From contig NC_043012.1 of NCBI RefSeq assembly GCF_006345805.1, forward strand, positions 33,046,001-33,110,000: a stretch of DNA of 64,000 nt, in the 5' to 3' direction. The DNA comes from Octopus sinensis. Its lineage: Eukaryota. Below are positions 1 to 12,045 of this stretch, one piece after another (positions within the stretch are counted from its first letter, which is position 1; each line of letters opens with the position of its first letter). Below the pieces are notes generated by a model that saw only the letters and a list, made by a program, of their open reading frames with translations, did no database searches and was not told the origin of the DNA. The translations under genes were made by a program, and so were the position numbers.

Positions 1-2319
1 CCTTGCCGGTCTATGGCCTACCTTCAACAAACCAGGAAGGCACAAACACTCTGTCTTCACATTTGCTGCGTGAGACATGTTTTAATGTTGACGAGCTTGC
101 CGAGTACATAGCCGATAATGAGCCAAAGCTCCTTCCAGAACAGAAGTTCGCTTACAACTCTGTTGTTAATTCAGTCCGGGCCAAAGCTGTGGGGATTTTT
201 TTCCTGGACGCTCCTGGGGGCACTGGGAAAACTTTTGTCAACAAATTAATATTGGCTGAGATTAGGCGAACACAAGGCATTGCCCTAACTGTGGCATCAT
301 CTGGAATTGTGGCTACTTTGTTGCCAGGCGGCAGGACAGCTCACTCTACTTTCAAGCTCCCACTTGACTTAGCGAAGACTGAGACACCAACTTGCAACAT
401 CAGTAACAGCTCCGATCAGGCAGAAGTCTTCAGACGATGCAAGCTTATCGTTTGGGATGAATGCACGGTGGCCCACAGAGGTGCTCTTGAGGCACTAGAT
501 AGATCTCTCAGAGACATCAAACAATCTTCAGCTCCCATGGGAGGCATAACACTTCTTCTTTCAGGGGACTTCCGACAAACACTTCCCGTTATTCCCAAAG
601 GGACTAGAGCTGATGCAGTAAGTGCGTGTCCTAAGTCATCCACATTGTGGCCACTGGTGAAGACTCTCAAACTTCACACCAATATGTGTGCTCATATGCG
701 ACGTGATATCACATCAGCAGCATTTTCTCACACCCTCCTTGCACTTGGCGAAGGCAAAATACCAGGGGATGAAAATGGTAATATTGCCATCGATTCCATT
801 TGTACCATTGTTAAAACGCCTTCTGATCTCAGAGATGCAGTGTTCCCAGATCTACAAGCTAATTATCAGAATATGGATTGGATTGGCCAAAGGGCTATTC
901 TGGCCCCGAGGAATAAAACTGTTCACCATATTAATGATGAAATGCTAAAACTCATTCCTGGGGATGTCTATGTATATAAGTCTATCGATACAACTCCTGA
1001 CCCAGAGGACATAATCAATTATCCAATAGAGGTACTCAGTTCCTTTGAGCCCCCCAGACTACCACCACACATTCTCAAACTTAAAGTTGGTGCCCCTATA
1101 ATGCTCATTAGAAATTTGGCTCCCCCAAAACAATGCAATGGCACACGTTTGATCGTTAAGTCCTTATCTCCCAATCTGATTGAGGCCACCATTATCACAG
1201 GGTGCGGTCGAGGCAACGTTCCTAGGATGCATCTTTTCCCATCAGGAGCAGACCTACCTTTCATATTTCGGAGGTCCCAGTTCTCAGTAAGGCCATGTTT
1301 CGCAATGTCAATTAACAAAGCGCAGGGTTAAACACTGTCTGTGGCGGGAATACATTTGGGAGAGCCATGTTTCTCTCATGGTCAGCTTTATGTTGGCTTC
1401 TCGCGTGTCGGCAGCAACAGTGATGCTTTCACATTCGTTCCACAACGAAAAACAAAAAACATTGTGTACAAGGTTTTATAGGATTACTACGTTTCATCAT
1501 TTTCGAACACGTTAGTATTTCACTTACATACGACTCTCTTTTATGATGGCATTTACATTTTTAGGCATTTCATGACATTAATTCACACTTAACCAACACC
1601 TGTCCTTCGCTCACCTCCATTTCTATCCATTCATCATCAAACCACCAGCCTCATCGTCTATATCCAACGTATATGACACATCTACCCCCTACATCTACAC
1701 TCTCACTGTTAAAGTTTACATAAGCGACAACACGATCGCAACATACACTTTGGAAACTAAGCAACAGATCATTTTATACAACAACAAATTTAATCAAAAC
1801 GCCCATCAATGAAAACATCTCCACCCACTGTGTTGTGATTCATCTAACAGCACCACTACAGTCTTGCCGGTCTGACATATGGTGAGTAGATGCTATTGTT
1901 CTATATTTTATAAATTACTTATATTTACTTACCCATGCTTCATTCCCCTCTTGCCTACATAGGGCATCCACTCTCTTTTAACACAGCATCAAGTTTTGTA
2001 ACAGCACATCCGCTGCCGTTCATGCAAAACGAAGAGACCCTATTCACCTGCGAACGTTTTACATCGCCTTCCACGACTATCAAATTCTTACAATTATGAG
2101 AACAATAACATGGCTCTTTTCAAGGCAACCTCGCATTCAATTCTTACACCATTCTACGAGGGGGTAGGAACCCCTTTACACGGCTTTCTATACACTTACA
2201 AATACATTCATTCGCCGTAAACTTATATCAATATTTGCCTGAATAATCATAATTCAGTGCAATCATTAACAGTACTTTCAAGCAATTCAGCCCCGAGCAA
2301 CGCCGGGCAATTCTGCTAG
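1..2319 (+). mobile_element. Helitron (rolling-circle transposon), 3' portion; 5' part lies outside the window
   Basis: Pif1-type RepHel helicase coding region 3-1481. Subterminal GC hairpin CCCGAGCAACGCCGGG (~2292-2307), then CTAG (2316-2319) followed by T, the canonical Helitron 3' end. Confidence 0.9.
3..1481 (+). pseudogene. Helitron Pif1-family DNA helicase domain, interrupted by one in-frame stop
   Basis: Motifs FLDAPGGTGKTF (Walker A), ASSGIVATLLPGGRTAHS, IVWDE, GDFRQTLPV, AILAPRN, LKLKVGAPIMLIRNL, CNGTRL, FAMSINKAQG. TAA at 1329-1331 replaces the expected Q of GQT. The frame continues TLSVAGIHLGEPCFSHGQLYVGFSRV...TKNIVYKVL to TAG 1479-1481. Confidence 0.9.
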
Positions 2320-2939
2320 TATATATATATTTATGTTCAACAAAAGAGATTGATAGAATAAGTTCCAGGCTTAAAAAAAGTACTGGAGGCAATTCATTTA
2401 ACTAAAAATTCTTCAAGGCATTGCCCCAGCATGGCCACAGTCTAATGACTGAAGCAAGTAAAAGATAAAAACACATACACTCATATACATACATGCACAC
2501 ATACACACACACACCACCACCACCATCATCATCATTTATAACATTTCCATTTTCACTTTTTCGTTTTCACATGAGATGAACAGAATTCATTGGGGCAGGC
2601 TTCTCTATGGCCGGTTGCCCTTCCTGTTGTCAATCCTCGCCTACTTCTAAGTAAGGTAATATTTTCCCATTGCCGTTTTCAAGGAAGATTGCAAATAGAA
2701 TACACTGCATATATGATTGAGACGCCCACTTACAACTAACATACAATGCTAAGACGTACAAGACATACACACAACTTATACAACAGACTTCTTTCTGTTT
2801 ATCAAATTCACTCAAAATGCTTTAGACAGTTTGGGGCAGTAGTAGATGACACTTGCCCAAAGTGCCATGCAGTGGGACTGAACCTAGAACCATGTGGTTG
2901 GGGAGCAAATTTCTGAACCACACATCCATGCCTATGTAT

Positions 2940-3310
2940 CATCATCATCATCGTTTAACATCCGTTTTCCTTGCTAGCATGGGTTGGACGGTTCGACTGG
3001 GGTCTGAGAAGCCATGAGGCTGCACCAGGCTGATCTAGCATTGTTTCTACAGCTGGATGCCCTTCCTAATGCCAACCACTCCTTGAGTGTAGTGGGTGCT
3101 TATTACGTGCTACTGGCACAGGTGCCAGGGGAGGCTGGCAATGGCCACGATCGGTTGGTGCTTTTTATGTGCCACCGGCACGGAAGCTAGTCAAGGCAGC
3201 ACTGATGTCGGCCACGTTTGGGTGGTGCTTTTTAAGTGTCACCGGCATGGGTATTACAACTACAATTTCTATTTGATTTTTATTTTGATGTACTTGACTC
3301 AATAGGTCTC
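2940..3310 (-). mobile_element. RTE-LINE 3'-tail repeat (family C), 5'-truncated copy
   Basis: Core CTACAGCTGGATGCCCTTCCTAA(C/T)GCCAACCACTC with a (CAT)n tail at the left end; ~25 similar copies across the window. Confidence 0.75.
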
Positions 3311-3318
3311 CTATTATA

Positions 3319-3342
3319 TCTCTCTATATATAAATGGCAAAA

Positions 3343-3379
<37 letters not shown>

Positions 3380-3411
3380 CCTTTATACAAATCTACAATT
3401 TTTCAGTTAGA
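3319..3411 (+). mobile_element. 5' end fragment of non-autonomous Helitron
   Basis: Starts A|TCTCTCTATATATAAATGGCAAAATGTCTG-(TG)n-CCTTTATACAAATCTACAATTTTTCAGTTAGA, matching the 5' end of the element at 6215-6571. Confidence 0.7.
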
Positions 3412-4029
3412 ACTTAAGAAAATGACTAGAATGAATTTGAACTCAAAGTTTATGAGTTGGTCATAATACCATATCCACTTGGCCATTTTCCTTTTATATT
3501 GAATTAATGTGGAAATTTATCTAACTCTAATCTGAGACTAAAATAAACACTGTAAACCTTTCATTGCTACTCTGTGTGTGTGTGTGTGAGAGAGAGAGAG
3601 AGTGTGTGCTTGTGTGTGTTTGCTTTAAGATCTTCACCCAAAAGCCACAGTTTGTCGCTGTCAAGGAGATATAAAACAAAATTTTGCATTGTCTGTGAAC
3701 TACATCACTGATACCCAGCAGGTAAATTCATATGACATTTTTAAATGCCCTTCAGAAAACCATGAGCATTATAGACCCACTTGATCTTTCATCATTTTTG
3801 AGCAAGGACACAAAACTGGAATACTGATTTTCTGACAGCAACTATCTCTCATCATTCAAAAAAGACATACCTAACCATAGGCTCCAAATGTCATTAAATA
3901 TAACAGTGACCAGATATTCTAGATAAGAAAATTTCCAACTGCAAATCATGTCATGTCTAGACGAGTTTTAGAGCTCAATAGTGGAAATTACTTAAAAAAA
4001 GACGACCCCCCCCCCCCCCGAAAACTTCT

Positions 4030-4440
4030 AGGAGTGGCTGTGTGGTAAGTAGCTTGCTTACGAACCACATGGTTCCGGGTTCAGTCCCACTGCATGGCAC
4101 CTTGGGCAAGTGTCTTCTACTATAGTCTCGGGCCGACCAAAGCCTTGTGAGTGAATTTGGTAGACGGAAACTGAAAGAAGCCCGTTGTATATATGTAAAT
4201 ATATATACGTATGTGTATGTATATGTTTGTGTGTCTGTCTTTGTCCCTACCCCAACATCGCTTGACAACCAATGCTGGTGTGTCTACGTCCCTGTAACTT
4301 AGCGGTCCAGCAAAAGTGACCGATAGAATAAGTACTAGGCTTACAAAGAATAAGTCCTTAGGTCGATTTCCTTGACTAAAGGTGGGTGCTCCACCATGGC
4401 CACAGTCAAATGACTGAAACAAGTAAAAGAGAGAAAAGAA
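4030..4440 (+). mobile_element. tRNA-derived SINE (family A), near full length
   Basis: Head GGAGTGGCTGTGTGGTAAG (A box) ... GGTTCAGTCCC (B box), internal microsatellite, tail GACTGAAACAAGTAAAAGAG. Other copies/fragments at ~2790-2932, 8985-9358, 9612-10490, 25375-25645, 26920-27070, 43764-44100, 44529-44735, 54240-54395, 60257-60620, 62775-62930. Confidence 0.8.
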
Positions 4441-5683
4441 CACAGTTAGCAGAGGAATTATTTATCGAAATTTCAGTCCTTGTAACTGTAACTTATAAGA
4501 ACCATATTTGCACTCAAACGATATACAAAGACAGTGCTGTAGTAGTAATAATAAATTATAGACAGCTACTTCAGAGATTACAATGTATTTCTTAGGGGTT
4601 TCTCCCCCCTGAGAAGTGTAAAACAACTTCAGTGTTGTTCCACTCATGCTACAATCTGTCAGACTGTGGCATAAAGATATTTTATTCATCCAAACCCACT
4701 TGAAAGTTGCACAGACACATATATATAATGCTAGTTATAGTTTCTCGAGTACAGTAGCTTAAGCAGGAGCCTTAGTTATTGTGTCTGAAGTGCATAGTTA
4801 TGGTATGCATAGAATAAGTATAAAAATTATTGATATTTGGCCATGTTCGAATCAGTGTTGTAAAGTAAAAATTAATAAAACTGCCTTGTAATGTGTACAT
4901 GAGTGTGTATGTGAATTTTGGAAGACATAAATAAATGAGGTAGGCTGGACGTTAACATGAAATTCAGCTGATGAAACTGACAAGAAGTGACAATGAGGCA
5001 GAGTTAATCAGGGTTGTCATTAGGGGAGTGTTTGTTGTTCATTGTAATGTGGGTGTACGCTGCTGAAATGCTAGTATTGGGAATTAAGGGATTTCATTAA
5101 AGTGGAAAATTATAGTGTGAAAGTAGGGACCTAACAACAGATAAGGATCTACAACAAGTAACAAATAGAGTTTGTTATTGTGCGTGTGTGTGTGTGTGTG
5201 AACAAATATGCATTTGTATATATGTGAGATTATGGAATGTGTTCACATTTACAAGTGACACATTATTCTGCATGTCTAAGCTTGTCTGGTTGTTGACAAA
5301 TTTAAATTCCTGGTTCATAAATGAGTGATTAATTGTAGGCGTGACAACCAAGTGTATAAAAATGTTCTCCAGACTGAAAATGAACAAATTTATAAATGAC
5401 AAATTGTAAAGTTGAAAAGAGAGAGTAAAGTAGACTGTTGTTCATTTGATTCGTATTAACCGGGATTAAGAAAATCGTCCATGAAAGAGATTCCAGCTGT
5501 AGTTGTTGTCTTTGTAAGGCTATCTATGACTACATTAGAAGGTGTGTAGCTTAGTAGTTAGGGTACTCAACTCATGATCACAAGGTCATGAGTTCAATAT
5601 TTGGTGGTGCAGTGCATCCTTAAGCAAGATACTTTATTTCATGTTGCACCAGTCTACTCAGCTTGCAAAAGTAAGTTGTACCT

Positions 5684-5917
5684 ATTTCTTTATTACCCAC
5701 AAGGGGCTAAACATAGAGGGGACAAACAAGGACAGACATAGGTATTAAGTTGATTACATCGATCCCAGTGCGTAACTGGTACTTAATTTATCGACCCCTA
5801 AAGGATAAAAGGCAAAGTCGACCTTGGTGGAATTTGAACTTACAACGTAACGGCAGACGAAATACAGCTACGCATTTCGCCTGGTGTGCTAACGTTTCTG
5901 CCAGCTCGCCACCTTTG
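5684..5917 (-). mobile_element. SINE family B with 19-bp target-site duplication, nested in an older SINE
   Basis: TSD GCAAAAGTAAGTTGTACCT at 5665-5683 and 5918-5936. Reverse complement of head GGCGAGCTGGCAGAAACGTTAG and central GCCTTT(C/T)ATCCTTT..GGGTCGATAAATTAAGTACCAG. Confidence 0.8.
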
Positions 5918-6214
5918 GCAAAAGTAAGTTGTACCTGTGATTCAAAGGGTCAGCCTTGTCACATCCTGTTTTCAGATAATCAAACTCTCTGTTTGTTAAT
6001 GGCATATCAATTTTGGAGGAGTTGGTACCAACAGCTATCAAGCTATTGGTCTATACTCTCAGGACAAAGAGACAACTTCAAGAATTTATCTTCTATGTCA
6101 TTTACTCTACCCCTATTCATCTTTGTTGTTCACATACATGCCACTGATCCTTCAGGTATTTCTCTCATCTCATTTTCATCTCATATACTCAATGACAACC
6201 ATTTTCATCTCATA

Positions 6215-6571
6215 CTAGCACTATGACCCGGCAATGCTGGATCATAGTGCTAGTGCATGCATATACAGCTGCGTGCGCGTGCACATACACGCGAGTACTG
6301 TCCAAATCTCTGACTAATCACATACAGCCAGCTGGCATCCAATTGGCGTATCAAGTTTCAGGCATTTTGATTGGGTTATGGATAGAAAATTGATTTTTTA
6401 ATGGCTTTGGGGGGTGACTGGGGAATGTAAAGATGTGCACGACCACCTTGGACAGTTTTGAATGACCATAGTAAGTGTGAGCCCTCTAACTGAAAAATTG
6501 TAGATTTGTATAAAGGACACGTACACACACACACACACAGACAGACATTTTGCCGTTTATATACAGAGAGA
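6215..6571 (-). mobile_element. Non-autonomous Helitron, complete (357 bp)
   Basis: On the - strand it begins A|TC (6571), ends CTAG|T (6215) and has no TSD. Terminal palindrome ACTAGCACTATGA...TCATAGTGCTAGT (6214-6254) encloses CCCGGCAATGCTGGA, similar to the hairpin of the autonomous element. Confidence 0.8.
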
Positions 6572-7284
6572 TTTAATGTTAATCACATTTGGCTGAACCA
6601 GCAAAGCATTGATCTCCTAGTCAAAGGCCTGCTTGTGTTGTTGTAGTATATCATATATCTGCTCAATGGAGCACGAGTCTGTCTTGCTAATCAGCTATAA
6701 AATAGGTGTACTAAAACTGTTAGCAATCACTGGCATGATTATAAGCCAGAAGGTTGTTGCCATATTGGAGCATATTTCAATTAAACATTGAGATTCAGGG
6801 AAAGGAAAGTAGATTCACAACCAACTGCAGTAACACCACAACCAGAACCACCTCTGGCTCATAGTGTGGTGTTAAGTTCTTATGAAATAGTTGTCTAGGG
6901 AGAGCTCAGTGTTGTTTAATAATGAAATAGTACCTGTGATATTAACATAATTATCATTTCATATAAAATTCTATTTTTAAAATTATTTGACCTTAAAGCT
7001 ATTTAAGATATTTTGATGACAGTAATAATACTAAAATCCAAAGTACACAATTTAATTGGAAATACTGAACACTGTCTTGCCTGTTGCTTCTGTTTAATTG
7101 TTTAGAATTTTATGATAAGCAAATGTATAATTTTAGTGCAGGTAAAGTGTTGGATCAAGCTTTGCTTCAGCTATTGTGTTGTGTCTTCATAGCTGAAATA
7201 TTTGTCATTCTGTTTGTAATTAGTTGTAGGAAGAGCACATAGCTGTACCAGTGGTTTTCCTTGGCAAGCCATATATAAATACTT

Positions 7285-7513
7285 ATTTCTTTACTACCCA
7301 CAAGGGGCTACACACAGAGGGGACAAACAAGGACAGACAAACGAATTAAGTCGATTACATGGACCCCAGTGCGTAACTGGTACTTATTTAATTGACCCCG
7401 AAAGGATGAAAGGCAAAGTCGACCTCGGCGGAATTTGAACTCAGAACGTAATGGCAGACGAAATATGGCTACGCATTTCGCCCGGCGTGCTAACGTTTCT
7501 GCCAGCTCACCAC
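7285..7513 (-). mobile_element. SINE family B with TSD
   Basis: Direct repeat CCATATATAAATACTT at 7269 and 7514. Other copies at ~20415-20642, 26114-26320, 46852-47085, 55745-55960, 56874-57070, 59073-59300. Confidence 0.8.
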
Positions 7514-8984
7514 CCATATATAAATACTTATTGCTTTGTTATCCTTGTAAAAACCATTTGAAACATTATGCAAGTAATGGAAAGGAATTACTTTACCAAT
7601 CATCTGTACCATAGCCCCACACTCGCTCCTGAGCCACTCCTATATATATGACCATCACTTGCTACATGCCTCTTTACTCCTATATTTCTCATCCCTGTGA
7701 TCCACTGTATCTTGAGATGCTCCAGCATCCCTGCCACCACCACCACACGGGCTTCTTTCCACCTACTCCTGCCCTTCGTTACTGTATTTATTTTGAGAAG
7801 CTCTGTGTTTCTTTGCCTTACTGGCACCTGTGCCGTTGGCATGTGTAAAAGGATTCGAGCGAGGTTGTTGCCAGTACCACCACACTGGCCCCTGTGCCAG
7901 TGGCACATAAAAAGCACCCGCTACACTCTTGGAGTGGTTGGCATTAGGAAGGGCATCCAGCTGTAGAAACTCTGCCAAATCAAGATTGAAGCCTGGTGCA
8001 GCCATCTGGTTCGCCAGACCTCAGTCATTCGTCCAACCCATCCATGCTAGCATGGAAAGCAGACGTTAAACGATGATGATGATGATGTATATATGTATAT
8101 ATATATGTGTGTGTGTGTGTATGTATATATATGTGTGTATGTATGTTTGTATACACACACACATACGTGTGCGTGTGCGTGCGTGCGTGCACCCCAGTCC
8201 CACTCCCACATTTTTGTCCTTGTGCTAAGAAGATGAGAAAGTACATGTAGTCCTTTGGAACTTCAGAAAATGTTTTTGTATTTGTGTGATAAAATGACTG
8301 AGAATGAATCAAATATTTCTTAATGAAGAGAGAGAGAGACAGAGAGAGAGAGAAAGAGAGAGAGAGAGAGGGGGAAAGAGAGGAGACGTAATAAAAATAT
8401 CTTTTGTGATGATGTTAAGGTTAAATATATCAGGTCTTTTTTTATATTGTGAAGTGTGTGAATAGATGATTGACATTAGCAATAAATACATGTCTGGTTT
8501 GTTTAAGTCTCAAGATTACATACAGCTATAAATAAGCATGCCTGGTTCTATTTGTTATTGTTATTCTTGTTTTACTCCAAGTCAACCATGATCCATTAGA
8601 CTATGATTATAGGCATTCTGGCCTTGACCATACCACCATTTAAGTGGGGGGACCTGGGACTATATTATATAATACGTTCTTCCCATATTTAGATAGCGAA
8701 GTGTGATTTGAGGTAAGAAGTGGGTGGTATATTGGCTGCTGTTTCTAGCAGGCTGAACTGAATGACTTCATAGAGGCTACTGCATTGGCTGTGTATGTGT
8801 GATGTAAAGTATTGTGTGTGTATTTTGTCGGTTTCAGACGGATGAAATATAAATTAGATCCTGGTAGGGTTTGAATTCCGATCATAGACAGATGAAACTA
8901 TTTAGTTTCATGCTCTACCAGTTCAGCCAACTCAACAATTTGACTTCTATCCTTTCTTTTTTTACTGTTTTATTTCTTTTCTTT

Positions 8985-9358
8985 TATTTGTTTCAGTCAT
9001 TTTGACTGCAGCCATGCTGGAGCACCACCTTTAGTCGAGCAGATCGACCCAGGACTTATTCTTTGTAAGCCTAGTACTTATTCTATCGGTCTCTCTTGCC
9101 GAACCGCTAAGTGATGGGGACGTAAACACACCAGCATTGGTTGTCAAGCGATGGGGGGGGGGGGGCAAACGCAGACACACAAATACACACACACACGACG
9201 GGCTTCTTTCAGTTTCCATCTACCAAATCCACTCACAAGGCTTTGGTCGGCCCGTGGCTATAGTAGAAGACACTTGCCAAAGGTACCACACAGTGGGACT
9301 GAACCCAGAACCATGTTGTTGGTAAGCAAGCTACTTACCACACAGCCACTCCTGCGCC
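8985..9358 (-). mobile_element. tRNA-derived SINE family A, full length
   Basis: Reverse complement of head GGCGCAGGAGTGGCTGTGTGGTAAG starting at 9358; same body and tail as 4030-4440. Confidence 0.8.
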
Positions 9359-9373
9359 TGAAAATTTATTGCT

Positions 9374-9444
9374 TGCGTCGGCTGGGAATCGAACCTGGGC
9401 CGCCTGCGTGGTAGGCAAGCATTCTAACACTGAACCACCGACGC
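9374..9444 (-). tRNA. tRNA-Gly-derived gene, anticodon ACC (probable pseudogene of tRNA-Gly-GCC)
   Basis: - strand GCGTCGGTGGTTCAGTGTTAGAATGCTTGCCTACCACGCAGGCGGCCCAGGTTCGATTCCCAGCCGACGCA: perfect 7-bp acceptor stem, TTCGATT loop, anticodon loop CT-ACC-AC, TTTT 10 nt downstream. It has two T-stem mismatches and a D-loop GG->GT change. Confidence 0.8.
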
Positions 9445-9496
9445 TTAATAATAATAATAATGATTTCAGGCCTTGTGCCTATAGTAGAAAAGAATG

Positions 9497-9532
<36 letters not shown>

Positions 9533-9771
9533 GTTTCGAATTTTGGTACAAGGCCAGCAATTTTGGGGGAAGGGGTAAGTCAATTACATTGACACCCAGT
9601 GCTTAACGAAAGCAAGTGTGGCTGTGTGGTAAGAAGCTTGATTCCCAACCACATGGTTCTGGGTTCAGTCCCACTGCATGACACCTTGGGCAAGTGTCTT
9701 CTACTGTAGCCTCAGGCTGACCCAAAGCCTTGTGAGTGAATTTGGTAGATGGAAATTGAAAGCAGCCTGTC

Positions 9772-9809
<38 letters not shown>

Positions 9810-11667
9810 AAAAAATGAAGTTCGAAAATGCTGCTGTATTATACAATTTTTAATTTTTATATATACATTATAACATGTTTCAGTTCCTGAAATGAACCTT
9901 ATCAAAAAAAGTTATATATAAAAAAAGACAGCTCATGCCGTCAAACACAAGAAATTCATTTATAATACACAACGGAGTCAGACATCTTAGAGTTCATGTA
10001 TAGTTGATATATAGTTCATGTATAGTTGATATATAGTTTGAAGTATATGTTCAAAGTGTTCGATGCAGTGGCCCACGGTGGCGATACGTATTCAATACAA
10101 AAAACAGATCAAAGTGGTGGAAAGCGGTCAATACAGAAGATTGATGTTTCCGAAAGAGCGAGGAATTCATTTTTACCTTAAGCAATTGTGATGACCCATG
10201 GTGGAAGTTCGCTGGGTGGTTCTATATATATGTACATACATACGTACATACATATATATGTATGTGTGTGTATATGTTTGTAAATGTGTCCCCAACATCG
10301 CTTGACAACCAATGCTGGTGTGTTTATGTCCCCGTAACTTAGCGCTTCAACAAAAGAGACCTATAGAATAAGTACTAGGCTTACAAAGAATAAGTCCTGG
10401 GGTCGATTTGCTCGACTAAAGGTGGTGCTCCAGCATGGCTGCAGTCAAAATGACTGAAACAATTAAAAGAGTAAAAAGAGTAAAGAGTATCCAAAAATTT
10501 CAATCCACCGATTTCCCAAGAGGGAGATTCATTTGTTAATTGCTTGGATAATATTTGTTGATAGATGTTTTCCAACTCAAAACCCTTTAGTGTTTATATT
10601 TACTCTGCCAAACACTTCATTAGGCTCTGTTAATGGCAATTGCTATGTTTGTACTTGATTTTTCTCTCTACTGACCAAACTGCTTCCCTTTCCCTAGACT
10701 CTGCTGTATATTGTACACACTTCTCTACTATGTTTTATATTTGGAGAATAGGATGAACCTTGATCCCCTTTTGTGGGTGGTTAGTTCAGTTCATGTTTTC
10801 AGCCAAGTAGACAATCCCCCACAGAAAATTCAGGTCTTCTGCTTGTCTCTTTCTAATCTCCACTCCTTTTCCTTTGTGTTTCTTTACTTCTGTTCACCTG
10901 TTGACTTCCATCAGTGAAGCAGTTAATTATATTCTTCCCTTATTTGAATTTGAAGGTCAAACTGACATTTAAAAAGGAAAAAACTAATACAAATTAGCGA
11001 AATAAAAGAATAATAAAAAAAAATCAAAATACCTAAAAATTTCATGTTCCTACCTGTGAAGTTATTTCATGTATTTCTTAAATACACAAGCCTCATAGAA
11101 GCATTGATAAAACTACCCAGTAGTTTATGACAGTCACAAACATTTTAAACAATAAAATCTTGTCTAGATATTATTAAATCTAAATTTAGACAGCTGGAAG
11201 CTGTCATATCTGTTTGCATAGTTAGATTTAAAGTAGACTACCTGAGGTCCTATCCCTTGCAGAATTCTTTAATTATTAAATTAATTTTCATAAAATATTG
11301 CACACCTTTTGAGGATACACACATGCATGCATGTGTGCGCACACACACACTCACATTCAGTCACTCACTCCCTCCCTCTCTGTAGCAAATTCCTAAACTC
11401 TCATGAAAACAATTTTGTCCCTAAAAATACATTTTTGTATTTCCATTTTAACTGGTCTATTTAAACTTTTTTTAAGACAGTCCTTGAGATTGAAGCAGAC
11501 ACATCAAATAAATGGTTGAATGAAAAAGACAAAAAAAAAATAGATGAAAGGAAAAGTAAAAGGTGGAGAGGAAATATAGTTTCTTTATTAATACCTGGTG
11601 AATCATAATGTTGGATTATAATACCATTAACTTCACCGCCACTACCACTACCAACAGCAACAACAAG

Positions 11668-12045
11668 TGGAGGTGCAATGGCCCAATGGTTAGGGCAGCG
11701 GACTCGTGGTCGTAGAATCACGGTTTCGTTTCCCAGACTGGGCGTTGTGTGTGTTTATTGAGCGAAAACACCTAAAGCTCCACGAGGCTCCGGTAGGGGG
11801 TGGTAGCGATCCCTGTTGTACTCTTTCGCCCCAACTTTCTCTCACTCTTTCTTCCTGTTTCTTGTCCCCGACTTCCTACGCAACCGCTGAGCCTGGATGC
11901 GCATTCATCCATCTGTTGATGCTCTTGGTGTCGGGGGTTGACCTGCTTTCTCTTCTGCGGGTTTTACGAATAGCAAAGGACCATGATTCGGACTTCTCCC
12001 ACTAATGGGACGAAGACCGCTTCACTCAACAAACAAACAGCAACA
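11668..12045 (+). mobile_element. tRNA-derived SINE family D
   Basis: Head GGAGGTGCAATGGCCCAATGGTTAGGGCAGCGGACTCG, (CAA)n tail; inverted copy at 22424-22786; head shared with 33011-33292. Confidence 0.75.

Noticed and set aside
3-1331. Cellular PIF1 gene
   Set aside because: Intronless, has a premature stop and is followed by a Helitron hairpin-CTAG terminus; it is transposon-derived.
3631-3721. Candidate GBA leader exon (CAG|GTAAAT at 3721)
   Set aside because: No ATG with a hydrophobic signal peptide in a frame compatible with the phase-1 acceptor at 14726.
4030-4110. SINE heads as tRNA genes
   Set aside because: A/B boxes present but no closed cloverleaf, and always joined to the same SINE body.
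4590-5480. Possible decayed retroelement ORF
   Set aside because: No motif could be reconstructed with confidence.
9991-10037. 22-bp tandem duplication AGTTCATGTATAGTTGATATAT
   Set aside because: Two-copy slippage duplication with no further structure.
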